Positions 25,401 to 37,717 are shown, counted from the whole stretch's first letter. The stretch is DNA of 63,961 bases, filler included, from Lenisia limosa (GCA_001655205.1; 19 parts of 19 records of this genome joined end to end with filler, not necessarily neighbours in it), one strand, 5' to 3'. The notes: generated by a model from the letters alone, not told the origin. Numbers and translations: made by a program.

Positions 25401-27132
25401 CTATGGTCGCGGGGCGGGGTGCGATGGGATGTGGAGATTGTTTTGTTGGAGTGATGGAAGGGGGGGGGGNNNNNNNNNNNNNNNNNNNNNNNNNNNNNTC
25501 TCGGGCTTCATTTCGGTTCGAAACAGACTGAATTTCTCGATAAATTGTCGAAAAACTTCGATATTTTTCCGGTATTTTTTCAACCGAAGCGTGGGAGAGG
25601 TGGGGCACTTATACATGTTTATCATACCTGCCAAATCCTTGGAACATTTTAGAACGGGGCGTGCCTTCGTATTTCCAATAAAAATCCTAGTAACATTTTA
25701 GAACGGATGGGTTGCTGCTCGCAGCCCTCAATTGGTGTACCTAGACGACATAGGGTGAGGGAGGTAGTAAAATTGGAAAACTTATGGAAAAATGAAGAAT
25801 ATTGGTGTAAAGGTAGTCATGAACAGGGCTTCACTTTGGTTCGAAAAGAGACTGGATTTCTCGATAAATCCTCGAAACCTATCTATATTTTAAGGGTCTT
25901 TTTCAAACCGAAGTGAAGCCTTGTTCATGAATCGAATAATCTGAGGTGGGGTGATGAGGATTTTGAATTCATTTTCTGAATACACAAATTTGACCGTTTT
26001 TTTTCTCTCTATATATAATAGCAAGCACAATGCAAATCTTGGTGAAGATTGGACCCTATAATCAACTTTGGTAGAAATAACAGAACAAAACCAAAGCCAG
26101 TCACTTTATCATTTACGATTTTAGATTGCTTAAAGAAGTTGACAAGTTGACTGAGGAGAAGGTTGCAAATATTGCCTATCCTCTGGTATGCTCTGAATAT
26201 AGTCTATAGCTATATTTACACTAACTATATGATAGAAATATTCTTATGTTGTATATACAGAAATTACGCGATAAGTCCTGACACAGATGCTGAGCTTTAT
26301 CTGAAGTCAATCGTATCAGTAATTACTTATCGCGGTCACTTTTCATAGGATTAGGGTTTCACTTCGGTTTGAAAAATTCCAGTAAAATAGCATCATTTTA
26401 CGAGTATTTATCGAGAAACTTGAACCGAAGTGAATACCTACGTAGGATGCTTGGNNNNNNNNNNNNNNNNNNNNNNNNNNNNNNNNNNNNNNNNNNNNNN
26501 NNNNNNNNNNNNNNNNNNNNNNNNNNNNNNNNNNNNNNNNNNNNNNNNNNNNNNNNNNNNNNNNNNNNNNNNNNNNNNNNNNNNNNNNNNNNNNNNNNNN
26601 NNNNNNTGTCCATTTTATCAGCTTCCCACCCGTTACCTTTTTTTTCTCCCCCTCTCACCTATTCAGATGATGGTGTCATACTTTCAGTCCAATGAGTACT
26701 TTGGCGATGCCATTGAAGAGGTAAAAATAACACCTCATCCCAAGAAATGTCATGAAACATCCATCTTACCCCCACCCCTACACACACTCACCTCACACAT
26801 TTACTATTTATGACCAACCCCCACGCACACTTGCATATAATAATACAAGTATTATAGTATTATACTATCACCTTTGTGGGTCATTTTCACACAAGTTCAC
26901 TACCATTTTCTACAGCGATATGATACCTCAAATCCACTCGTATTATTTGACCTAAAAGTCTCAATGATACTCTGATACTCGGGACTAACCTTCGTGTTAT
27001 CTTCGTTCATCATTCGACTCGAAAGTCGGTCATATGATCATTTCACAAGTGGATAATTGTATGTCGTCATTTATTATTCAGGGTGGAAGCATCAACCTCC
27101 TCAAAAGCCTTGGCGTTGCCCCTCTCTCTTCG
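22487..27132 (+). CDS. Uncharacterised multi-exon gene with MITE-filled introns
   Basis: Exons IHAPNVVRILKRF / PDVSELLNVLK / ELSNMSLHDYKDDELQAWTTLLYNAIYQESFVKNINIEMVKRAFAPPNRLLFHYAKGQPKSFVATTE / ELQCTDQEVINNIWM / NLQNLEYVARALGMDVDPEEQAHVEEILGSMKIIPTM / VSYFQSNEYFGDAIEE / GGSINLLKSLGVAPLSS. Family not recognised. Confidence 0.65.
23205..23419 (+). mobile_element. Family A repeat (A2 tail) ending at a 3' splice site
   Basis: ..gtcatctggttttt..gtttcagattattcgg..tacctttacgccaatattcttcatcgaaatttccttcgttttactcc..ctcccag|exon at 23420. Confidence 0.8.
24116..24216. mobile_element. Family B MITE variant
   Basis: TAGGG..GCCCTA with TSD GATATGTA/GATATGTG (7/8). Confidence 0.85.
24585..24678. mobile_element. 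hAT-like MITE (family B) with a perfect 8-bp TSD
   Basis: TIR TAGGGCTTCACTTCGGTT..AACCGAAGTGAAGCCC(AA), flanked by ATTGTGAG at 24577-24584 and 24679-24686. Confidence 0.92.
25010..25100 (+). repeat. Interspersed repeat family D
   Basis: ctca(g/a)tgatactctgat..gggatgaaccctcgtgttatcttcgtt(t/c)atcatt. Also at 26958-27050 and 41960-42015. Confidence 0.7.
25824..25923. mobile_element. Family B MITE with inverted flanks
   Basis: Full TIRs; flanks TCATGAA..TTCATGA extend the palindrome. Confidence 0.8.
26352..26440. mobile_element. Family B MITE
   Basis: TSD CATAGGAT/CGTAGGAT (7/8). Confidence 0.85.
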
Positions 27133-27253
27133 GTAAGTATACATTCATAAAAATGATAATATAATTTCATATATTAAATACTCTATATTACTATTCTATT
27201 ATCTCCTATAATACATGATAACGATATATAGTTAATATATAATATATAGTATT

Positions 27254-27331
27254 CAGTGACCGGGATAAGTCTTGACCGATATGCTATGTGATTTCCGAAG
27301 GAAAATCGGTCAAGACTTACCCCAGTCACTG
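27254..27331. mobile_element. Tc1/mariner-like MITE (family C)
   Basis: TIR CAGTGACCGGGATAAGTCTTGACCGAT..ATCGGTCAAGACTTACCCCAGTCACTG followed by TA. Confidence 0.85.
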
Positions 27332-27903
27332 TATATAAATAAATGATAATATCATTCCATATTAAACTTCTCTGTATCTTACTATTTTATTATCTCTTAT
27401 AATATATCATATAGTATATCGATATGCATATATGATCATATGATATTAATTAGGGTGATGTGCCACTGCAATTAATTACCAATTTATTGAAATTAATTAT
27501 CAACTTATGGCCAAACTGCACTCTCTTTCTGCAAACCAATCAATTGGGATTTTCAACAGTTTTAAAAACACGGCACCCTAATATTAATGCATTATCATTG
27601 TTATGTTGATATAATACATCACAGGGACCCCCTTCCCATCCACACAGGTCTATACGACTGTAATCCCTCCCTCCCATAGCCAATCCATTCACGTTTGTCT
27701 TGTTTCAACCCTCGTGTGCTGTCAGCCAACTGAATTGATTTTAGGCTTTTTTTTTGTTTTATATTTACTGGAGTGATGGGATGCGGTGCTGCAGAAGCGA
27801 CTNNNNNNNNNNNNNNNNNNNNNNNNNNNNNNNNNNNNNNNNNNNNTTAATTAATTAANNNNNNNNNNNNNNNNNNNNNNNNNNNNNNNNNNNNNNNNNN
27901 NNG

Positions 27904-28012
27904 TGCTTCGCTGATGCAAAAATGAAGCAATTTTTTAGCTTAATTTTTGCATCGGCGAAGCATTTGTTGTCACCGCACATCAACGATGCTAGTGCTTCGC
28001 TGATGCCAAAAT
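27904..28012. repeat. 20-bp stem hairpin plus a third direct copy
   Basis: tgcttcgctgatgcaaaaat (27904-27923) pairs with atttttgcatcggcgaagca (27943-27962); direct copy at 27993-28012. Confidence 0.8.
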
Positions 28013-28479
28013 GATTCTAGTCGAAAAGCGCCGTGATTACCCTATATATACCCCAGTACTAAAAAAAAAAACGATGTTTTATCACTCAGAAGATCACTCT
28101 CGGGTCAAGTTTTTAACTGGAAAACAAAGAAACTGTGAATAAAGAGGCAAATGTTTGAATAAAATGAACGCCAAAATAGAATTTTCAAAAATCACAGATA
28201 TCGGAACAATCACCGATATATGGACGATATGAAATATTATGAGAACTAATGTCATTATGTAAATATTTCGCTTGAGCATCAAAAGACATTCATATGTTCC
28301 TTAAAAATACATTGTCACAATCAATAAAAACACACATATTACAACATTAAAACAGATTAATCAAAACATAGATCGTATGAAGCCTTTGGCTTTTGAAACC
28401 CTAAATCATAAAAAATAAATGTAAATGATCTTTTTATGCCGTACCTGTTGCATAAAACTAGAACACTAAAGAAAAAAAA

Positions 28480-31400
28480 CAAAACAAACCATCCCTACAA
28501 AGACTCAGAAGGTGGGGCCAAGTTTGTTGGAGTGAGGGCGACTGGTGGCGAATCGTACGGAGGACTTATTGGCTGGGAATAACTCTAGAAAATAAACACT
28601 TACTCATTATAACATTTACTAAAGAGGGGGTGGTATTTGATGAGAAAAGGGGGTATGAAATGGAATAATGACTTTACATTATCAAGAGGCTTGTCCCCGC
28701 TCAGGACACACGGTGATCCTGATTGTCACTGAGACCAAAAACACGTTCACCTATTACTGCTTCCCCTTCTCTCCCCCAATTACAATAAAACTATTACTAA
28801 AAACTGTCCTCCACTGTGGATCGATCGTTTAAAAAAGTTCTGAAAAAAATAAGCCCTCTTTAAACATATCATAGCCTACCTGCATGATAGGAGACAACAT
28901 GCTGATCTCTTCCGACTCTTGTGTCTTACCTTGAGAAGTTAGGCGGTGGATACGGTGTCTTAGAAAATGAAAAATGCAATTATTATTAACACCAGCATTA
29001 TATAGAGGACTAATACAATAATAACACATCAGTTTATAAAGTGAACCTTTTCTTCCACCTACTGGAAACTTGTGCAGAAACAGGAGGTACAGTAACACTG
29101 AATTCTCGGGGGCTCCCGCCACATGACGGAAACACTGGCGGGTTCCTTGAATGTAACGATATGTTTCAAAATGTTCCATAGTGTAGCGGCATGATGAATG
29201 TATTTCTGATTATCCATTATAGAGCTAGTATACAGTATAAGACGGTAAAATATATCAAATACTACATCAAGAATAGAGTATTATCAAAAATTGTACTTTC
29301 CCTAGCTCAGATCTAAGAAGTCCGAGGAGTATTTGATAACATATATATGTCTATGGGCGGTTCTTAAAAAAATTCACCTTGGAACAATAAAATTAACAAA
29401 AGAAGACATAATAACATCACACACGCGCAATCATTAATATACCAACCTTGGGATTGTCTTTTCAATACAGTCTTGAGAAGAAGAACCCGGGACATGAGGC
29501 ACTTCTGATGCCAAAGGGAGTGCCCTCACTGCTCCACTTTCCTTTTTTTTCAAGAGGCAAGAAGGTGATATGTGATTCTCAACTGGTGAACGAATAGATC
29601 GTTGATAAGGTGACAGTTTCTGGGCACCTTGCTTCATTGGTGATGGTGTGAATGACCTGTGATGCGGAGAATGGTGTTTACTGTTCTTTACTGGTGGAAC
29701 CGCTCGTCTTTTGGGGGGAAAATTACTTGGGGACTTGTGCTGTGTCTTTGAAGAAGACTCTGGAGTCTGAAAAGATCGAGCTGGGGAAGGAAATGTGGTA
29801 GTAGGTTGTTGGAAGAGTGTCTTTGTAGCTTGGCTCAGTCGGTTCTTCGGTGATTGACTTGGAGCTGTTGAAGGAGTTGTCGTTTGCGTTGATTGGACCA
29901 AACGAGGATATCCCTGGGACCCTAGGTTTGTGCCTGTCCGAGAGTAGCGCTGCATTTTATCAAAGACTCTTGGCTTCGGACTTAGACTTAGATTGACGAT
30001 GGGCGATGTTGCATGTGGTGGCCTCTTCACATGTGAGACCAAGTTTAAAATGGATTTTGATTAGCCAATTATTTTCCTGAAGCATCCACATTTGTAACCT
30101 TCTCAACATAGTATATGATACGTATATGATGATATGTATCATATGGAATTTGGTACACATATGGCCAAAGATGATATTTGATCGGTGCTTAAAATGGGTA
30201 CCGACCCACGGATAGCCGAATATAAAGTTTCAGTAACGTCACCTTTTTACAACTTGTTACAAATTTAACGAAAATTTTGGCCATTGTGATAATCACAATT
30301 TTTGCTATTACACACAGAATAAAAATAACGGAGATAAGGTTCGGTTTCGGTTCCATTGTAAGTTTAAGATGGTTGTAGACCCCTCCCCCCTTTTTTTCAA
30401 ACCTCAATTATTCTACTTGGGGGCTCCCCTCCATGGATACTCGAGCCCATGAAGTGGGGAAGTGGGCTTCTAGGTACAACGCGTTCTCTCTTGATTCTAA
30501 AGAACTACTATGAGAATAGAACCTTCAAAAAATTGTTCAAAAGTTTCCTCATTGAACAAACCTGAAATAGGGGTTGTTTGGGCTTTTAGGATTCAAAGAG
30601 GATGAAGATCCAAGGAAAACAACTGGGCTTGGACATGTCTCTCTCGGCTTTGCTATAGTAGCACCAATTAACTCTGGACTTGAGTCGGAGCTGAGACGTC
30701 AGTGACAGAATGTTGGTAATTTTTGAACTCATCCTTGATGAAAAAGCGACTATGAAATAAAATATGATTTGATATCCCATATAGTCATAGTATATGATAA
30801 ATTCCATAGAAGCAAACCTTGAAGACAGACTAATAACGGGTGAAATTGGAACTTCTGTTGGGTGCTCATCCTAAGTTAGTTAATTAAAACAAATCATTGA
30901 GAAAGCAAAGTAATCTATATCACATCATAAAGATATCATGGTGAAAAATGATAAATCAAACAACAAAAAAGGCCAAAAGAGAGAGTTTAAAATACAATTG
31001 ATGTGGACTAAAGAACAAATAGAATCAAAGAAAGGATCCAAAACCCAACTTACAGAAACGACAACATGAGTACCTTGTTGCTCCAAAACTGAACTCCGAA
31101 TTGTAATGCTGGCGGATGGAGTCGGCATTAAAGAACTGCAAGGGTGCTCCCCAGCTTCTTCAGATTCCTCATAGGATTCTAGAGAGTTACGTTTGAATTC
31201 ATGGCAGCAGCCACATTCAGAATAAAATACCAACCAAGGTTTTGGCTTTCTTCATCGTGGGCATTTTGGGAATCATCACCCTTTGCTCTTGGTTTATCTG
31301 TTTGCTTCTTCAGTGCTTTCTTGAAAAGGATCTAAATCGTGAGTTTTCTCAGACAGAAAAAAAGTCACTAAAGAAAGGCATACTGGACAGAGTGTATCGC

Positions 31401-32400
31401 AGATAGGCCCTTGAATATAGAGCCCCAGCTGCTTCATTGTGGACTTAGATGACGAACTCAAAGAGCCTACATCAAAGTCAGGCAACACTGTCCTTGATAT
31501 GTCAAAGGAATCATGAATAATTTTAATCTAATCTAGAAATGAAGACAGCCCCTTGAGTTTTACATGAAATAAGAAATGAAGCAAAAAGTGAATGAAACGC
31601 GTTTGGCTAAACTTTGAAAGAACCTTTGATCCTCACTCACCTCCAAGTTTCGACATGAACAAAGACAACGGCTTAAAACAGTCAAGAGCTTCAGCCTCAT
31701 GTTTCGGCTGGAGAGCATGGCCATTGGTCGAAGCCAAAGCAAGCAAGGAGAGAAACGTCTAGATAGGTCAGGACAAAACAAGACAAATATAATATTTTAT
31801 AAACATATCATATGCCTACCATGTACATACATATGAAATGGCACATAATGAAACAACCAGAAAATAAAATATCACAAAAACAGTTACATTCTTTGTTTAC
31901 ACTCCCAAAAAAAGGTTGGTTGAAGAACAGCTCTCAGTTATAGAGAACATATTTGGAATATTTAAAAACCTTTCATACAATATTCACCATCGACACAGAA
32001 AGAGAATCGGTATTAAGATAAGGAGGAAGAGCGTTTGTTCGGAAGCTAAGGTTTTTGTAGTACTCTTCTGCACTCGCCGAAGGTGTTGGGATATCAGTCA
32101 TTCGTTGCATGAGCTTCTTTTTCTGAAAACATGATGTAAAAACATAGTATTAGAAGCATAGCAACATCCTTAATGATGGTTGTTTCCCCCGTTCATTATG
32201 CCATATTTAATTCATGCATGCAATTATATCATATGCTGTTGATAGGAAATGAAGCCAAAAGTGTGCTGGTATCATACATAATGCTGTAGTTTTCGAAGAG
32301 AGGCGTCAAGAGCGGTCAGTGATAAAAGCCTTCGGAGATCTGAGAAGTAAATCTTTCCATGAACAGCTTGAATATTTGTGAATATGACAAGTACATCAAT
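28480..32400 (-). CDS. Large uncharacterised gene with a Ser/Pro/Thr-rich region
   Basis: About 600-nt open S/P/T-rich exon (ORF 29434-30042), plus upstream GT-AG exons such as KKKLMQRMTDIPTPSASAEEYYKNLSFRTNALPP. Confidence 0.5.
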
Positions 32401-32699
32401 GAATCAAAAAAATGCGATGAAAATAATCAGATTGTCTCCCACAAACATGTTCCATGTTCGGAAGAAGGAAGCGCCATGATAATAGTAGGCCACTGCCCCA
32501 GCATGGGTGAAAGCCTGACGTAATAAAACAACTATCTTGCTATTATAATTGATATTACGATGTGAGCTATTATTGTTAAAGTGGGGGGGGGGGTACTGAN
32601 NNNNNNNNNNNNNNNNNNNNNNNNNNNNNNNNNNNNNNNNNNNTTAATTAATTAANNNNNNNNNNNNNNNNNNNNNNNNNNNNNNNNNNNNNNNNNNNN

Positions 32700-33806
32700 G
32701 CGTCGGTGGCCGAGTGGTTGGGCACAAAGTCAAGCATCAGGCGCATGCCGCGCTTGTTCAGCCGTTGTCTGCAGGGGTCATGCTGAAAAAAATGTTGCAA
32801 TTTTAAGAGAATTGAATCGGTAATATGGCGTTCCAATGGGTGGTGATGTTGTCATGATCATACAATTCATCATGCTCTAGATGATATCATCAACCCTGGT
32901 CATTTCAAAGGACAGCATACCTCAATTCTGTGAGTTCTTTTGGTGATCCGAGTGCAGGGTTGAGGGTGTACTGTCAGGTTAGGAGCTGGCTTGTATCATA
33001 AAACGCGTATGAAACTTGTTGACCTTGTACTCCCCACCTGGGTGACAGCGTAGGGCGATCCAATGATGTCTTCCTTCGTGAAATCTGGCAGGTTCTGGAA
33101 GAGTGGATTAATCCTTATATCACAGTACAGAAATCAAATGCAAAACCATTTCGCCGAATGAATACCATTTAGAGACTGGGAGCTTGAGATTTTTCGGGAA
33201 GAAATGAAAACCACCCCATTTCTTCTGATGGTCCAGGATTCCCATTAAATCAAAAGAATATAACATAATAAGGGCTATTATCCCAATTTTGAGCGAATGG
33301 TGAGCGATGAACTATTGACAGAAGAGTATGTCCAATTCAATTCAATCAGGATTGCAAATTCAACTCAACAATTCAACCATCATATATAAGGCCAAATCCT
33401 CAATTCAAAATGTGGCTATTTTTATTTGTAATAACTCAGCTTACTTGCTTGTAGTTGTTGTACTTATCTTCCATTTGGTCGAAAGCAAGCCCATTTGGCC
33501 CGAGACTCCATACTCCCATCATGTACACGATATCAACTCCCATGTTCTGCAGGTTGTCCAATTCGGAGTCTGGTATCGAAGAAAGTCTAATTGGGGTCAG
33601 AAGAAGGCGAAAGGTGATGTATGCGATGAATAAGCCGACACAACTTACCCTGTAACTGAGATTCCTCTCTGAGAGAGCTCATATAGATACGGGCGTGCTG
33701 ATATTTCATAAAGAACAGGGTTTTTAGGCAGACTGGGGACCTTGGCAAGAGATACCATAACCAACAAGGACGTGATAATCCAAGTTAGCCTTGTGATTGG
33801 AGCCAT
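32700..33806 (-). CDS. GH13 alpha-amylase (archaeal/bacterial AmyA-type) with signal peptide and introns; truncated
   Basis: MAPITRLTWIITSLLVMVSLA signal peptide, then PVLYEISARPYLYELS / LSSIPDSELDNLQNMGVDIVYMMGVW / PDFTKEDIIGSPYAVTQ / YTLNPALG / RGMRLMLDFVPNHSATD (GH13 conserved region I, DxVxNH). Confidence 0.9.
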
Positions 33807-34047
33807 ACTTAGACCAATTCCTGTAAACAGTGTCTGAAAAGTGGCAAAAATCAAAAATCAAAAATTGAGCAATTATCCGCGGCCGGATGTATTTGTCTAA
33901 AAAAAATTCTCACCTTTTGTCCTCTCTCGCTCAGGTAGACAGGAAATTGCATGTTAGTTGAATTATATGACGAAAATTCTTGAATCTTGATTTGGGAATC
34001 GAGCAGATCTGCAGTCCTCTGGGCCTCCCACCGCCTTCCATAGCATT

Positions 34048-37000
34048 ATGGCTAAAGCTGGGGTAGGTTCCGAAATGTTTCAAATTAGTGAACTTCACTT
34101 CCGCTAGTCACACAGAGACTATGATTTTGCTGTAGTATTTGTGAACATTCCTTTGTTTGTATTTTGTTTCTTTGGGTGTCGTCATGAGTCTTGCTTTTAT
34201 TCTAAAACTTCAGAGCTACGAGGGGGATATTGTTAACGGCGTGAGACACGGGTTTGGCAAGTTTGAGGGATTGGAATCGATTTCAAAAATGCAAGCATAA
34301 AATATAGGAGGTAACTTTTTCAATTTGAAGTTAAACTCTTTTCAATGACCCCCTAACTAATGAAGCATACACTTTACAATGTGTAGTAATTGCCCCATAC
34401 TCACTCTCAGGTTTGTATATCCCAACAAGTTCTTTGTCTACGAGGGAGAATGGCAGAATGGCCAGAAACATGGTGGGATGGTTTTGAAGGCAATATTGGC
34501 TGGAGGGCATCAGGCATAAGTGCCTAAATGTAGACTATGCTCTAATCAATCCCTTTGTCACACTTTCATTTACTTTAATTGCGCACAGTCAATATCTGAG
34601 ATACAATTTTTAATTGAGATAAAGTATAAAAGGACATAATATCTCAAATTCAGTACCATGGTCTCTTCGAAATGACCCATAAGGCCAGGGTACCCTCTTC
34701 CTTGGAGACGGCGGGTCATACTCAGGANNNNNNNNNNNNNNNNNNNNNNNNNNNNNNNNNNNNNNNNNNNNNNNNNNNNNNNNNNNNNNNNNNNNNNNNN
34801 NNNNNNNNNNNNNNNNNNNNNNNNNNNNNNNNNNNNNNNNNNNNNNNNNNNNNNNNNNNNNNNNNNNNNNNNNNNNNNNNNNNNNNNNNNNNNNNNNNNN
34901 NNNNNNNNNNNCATCTCACCCCCCAGCCAACAGAGCTGATTTGCGCTTTTTTTGTTTCGTAAATTTTCCAATTTTACTCCCCCAGATGACCGGAAAGGGT
35001 ACACGTGAATGGTCGGATGGTCGGGCCTATTCCGGGGACTTTATCCTAGGTGAGCCGCACGGCGAGGGCAAATTGACCTATCCTGAAGATGGCGGTCATT
35101 ATGATGGCAGCTGGGAGTTTGGCAGGTTTCATGGTTGGGGGGGGGGGGGGNNNNNNNNNNNNNNNNNNNNNNNNNNNNNNNNNNNNNNNNNNNNNNNNNN
35201 NNNNNNNNNNNNNNNNNNNNNNNNNNNNNNNNNNNNNNNNNNNNNNNNNNNNNNNNNNNNNNNNNNNGATGAGTTTGGAGCACTTGTCTTCTCTTCTTAT
35301 CCCGTTTAATGCTTTCATTTCACTCCATTGTCCAAGCAAAGACCTTGAATTTATTGAAGTTTTTATTTGGATGTCGTACTTGAACTTAAGCTGATCGACC
35401 AAGGAAAAGGAACCCTAATGATGGTTGACGAGTGGTACAAAGGCGACTTCTTCGAGGGTAAAGCGCAGGGATACGGCAGGGCTGAGCGCGATGATGGGGA
35501 GTATTACGAGGGCGACTGGTGAGCAAATGTAGCTTCTTGATTGTACTTCCTTTCTATCTGAAATAACATCAAGATATGTCATTCTCTCCATGTGTTGAGT
35601 TTTCAGTTTTTGAAGTTGATCATTTAGGAACAATGGGAGAAGAGAAGGCACAGGAACAGTACGACTCGCAAATGGAACTATGTACGTTTGGACAGTTGTC
35701 ATTTGATGTATTACTATCTCAAGACCTGATGGGATTTGGCTTCTTAACAATTATACGTTTCTTTCGCGATTTCGTTATTATATTTTTTCTCTGTAAGTTG
35801 ATTTTCTTCTGTACCCGCCTGGTGACCCGTTTAGATACAAAGGGTCGTGGCTCGATGATAACTGGCATGGCATTGGTGTCATGGATGACCCCCAGGTACG
35901 AATTTAATCAGGCAATAACCTTTTCTCTGTTTTCAATAGTGTTGTGTTCTCTGTCAAGCTGCATCATTTTCGCAGACCGGCATACAATATGACGGAGAGT
36001 GGGAAGACAATCGACCCGCTTTGGCGCCGTGCAATATTGGACATCGCTTCATGCTGGATGGTGAGAGGGATAGGGACATCGCTTCATGCTGGATGGTGAG
36101 AGGGGATTGGTGTTTGATAGATGATGATTTATACTGAGGGGTGGAGACCCACTACAATATTTGGATTTGGTATAAAGAGATAGCCCCCCCCTCCCTCCAA
36201 TGATGCTGCAACTTCCTTCATGACATAAAAAACCCAAAGTGGACTACTCACCAGAGGATCGTATCTCATCCGATTCAGAGTCCCTTGAGAAGATCCAGCC
36301 TTCGGACGAACAGAAAAAGGACAAAATGGCAACACTCAAAAAACAGAGGTGTGCATTAAACCTTGACATATTGGCCCAGCGCACTGAAGCTCTCAACCTA
36401 GATCTTTACCTATCCTATTTTATTTGCTAAAGTCAATTTTTTATCATTTTAACATGTTAAAGCATCGTGACAAGGCAGCCAGCGTCTTTTTTTTTTTTTC
36501 ACTTTTGATTAACTCACTTCTCTAGGAAGCCGAAGAAGCCAGTTGGAGGAAGGAAGGATTCTAAAGATAAAGAAAAGGAGAAGGAAAAAGAAAAGGTGGG
36601 GATTCGAAGATTGCACTCTAGCTGCGTATATAAAATAACTGACCAACGACAGGTTGAGAAAGATGCCATTCCAAACCGTGAAGAGGCTATGACTGCAGGG
36701 TCACAGCATATGCCTGATGACCAAGTGTGTGGGCATGCTGTTTATGGAAAATAATGTGATGGGTTTGTTATTTATGTTGTCTCTTGGGCACCTACATTTT
36801 GTCATTCCCTCTTATTTCCAAGGCCTTGTCATCCCCTTGGATTCCTCACTTGCCTCTGGTTCTTCCAACAAACTCGCAGTGCTTGCCTGTTTTGGAAGTT
36901 TCTGTAATTTCGGCTGACTCAACCGTTGTTGAAATGGAGTCCGGGTATGGAGAATTTGTGATTATTATCCGTTGTAAATGGCTTCTTCGTGTGAAAGACT

Positions 37001-37717
37001 GACAGTTTATAATCATATCAAGTATATATCATTTCTCGAACTAGTAATTATATATATTCTGCTTTTGTAGTATTAATGTCAAATAGGAGGTTTTTCCAAA
37101 TCTCAGTGGAGCAAAAGGTTGTGCAGTCCCAGGGCAAAGACAAACGCAAGAAAAAAGAAGCTGGTTGGTGGTTTAACAGCATACATAGCTACCACGACCC
37201 CAATCAATTCATTTTTTGAAGAGATTAATTTGACAACATTTGAATTAAAGTGTCTGAAATGGAGTTTACTGTAATAATATCTCACTTCAAATAGCCTGTC
37301 ATTTTTGGCACGATCCTGTTAGAGCACATTGGTTTTGTTAATTTTATAATCCATTCAGGTGGAAGCCAGAAAAGAAGTGAGAGTGTGGCAACCCCACCTC
37401 TTTCAACAAGGTCACGGCAGAAGTCTGCTGCTAGGCGAAGAGGGGGTGGGGGGGCAACGCTGTTGAAATTTGCGTTAAGTGCTAATCAACGATGTCTTAT
37501 TCTGTCTTACCTTCCCGTCGTGTTGAACAGTAATATGTTTCTGACACGTTTTAGACGAATCACCGCGAGAAGAGGACAAAAAGAAGGGCAAAAAGGTGAG
37601 TAGTATTTTTTTACTGACTTCAGTCTGTTATAGCCTTTTTTTGACACAGTTTGTCGAGCTGACCTCTTAGGATCGTAAAAAGGAGGATGATGAGCAGGAT
37701 ATGGAACCGAAAGAAGA
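34048..37717 (+). CDS. MORN-repeat protein, MORN1-like, with Lys/Glu-rich C-terminal region; truncated
   Basis: SYEGDIVNGVRHG / FVYPNKFFVYEGEWQNGQKHG / TGKGTREWSDGRAYSGDFILGEPHGEGKLTYPEDGGHYDGSWEFGRFHG. YPNxFFxYEGEW and GxFxLGEPxG resemble MORN1. Confidence 0.85.
34912..34985 (+). mobile_element. Family A tail providing the acceptor of a MORN exon
   Basis: cagccaacagagctgatttgcg..gtttcgtaaattttccaattttactcccccag|ATGACCGG. Confidence 0.8.
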
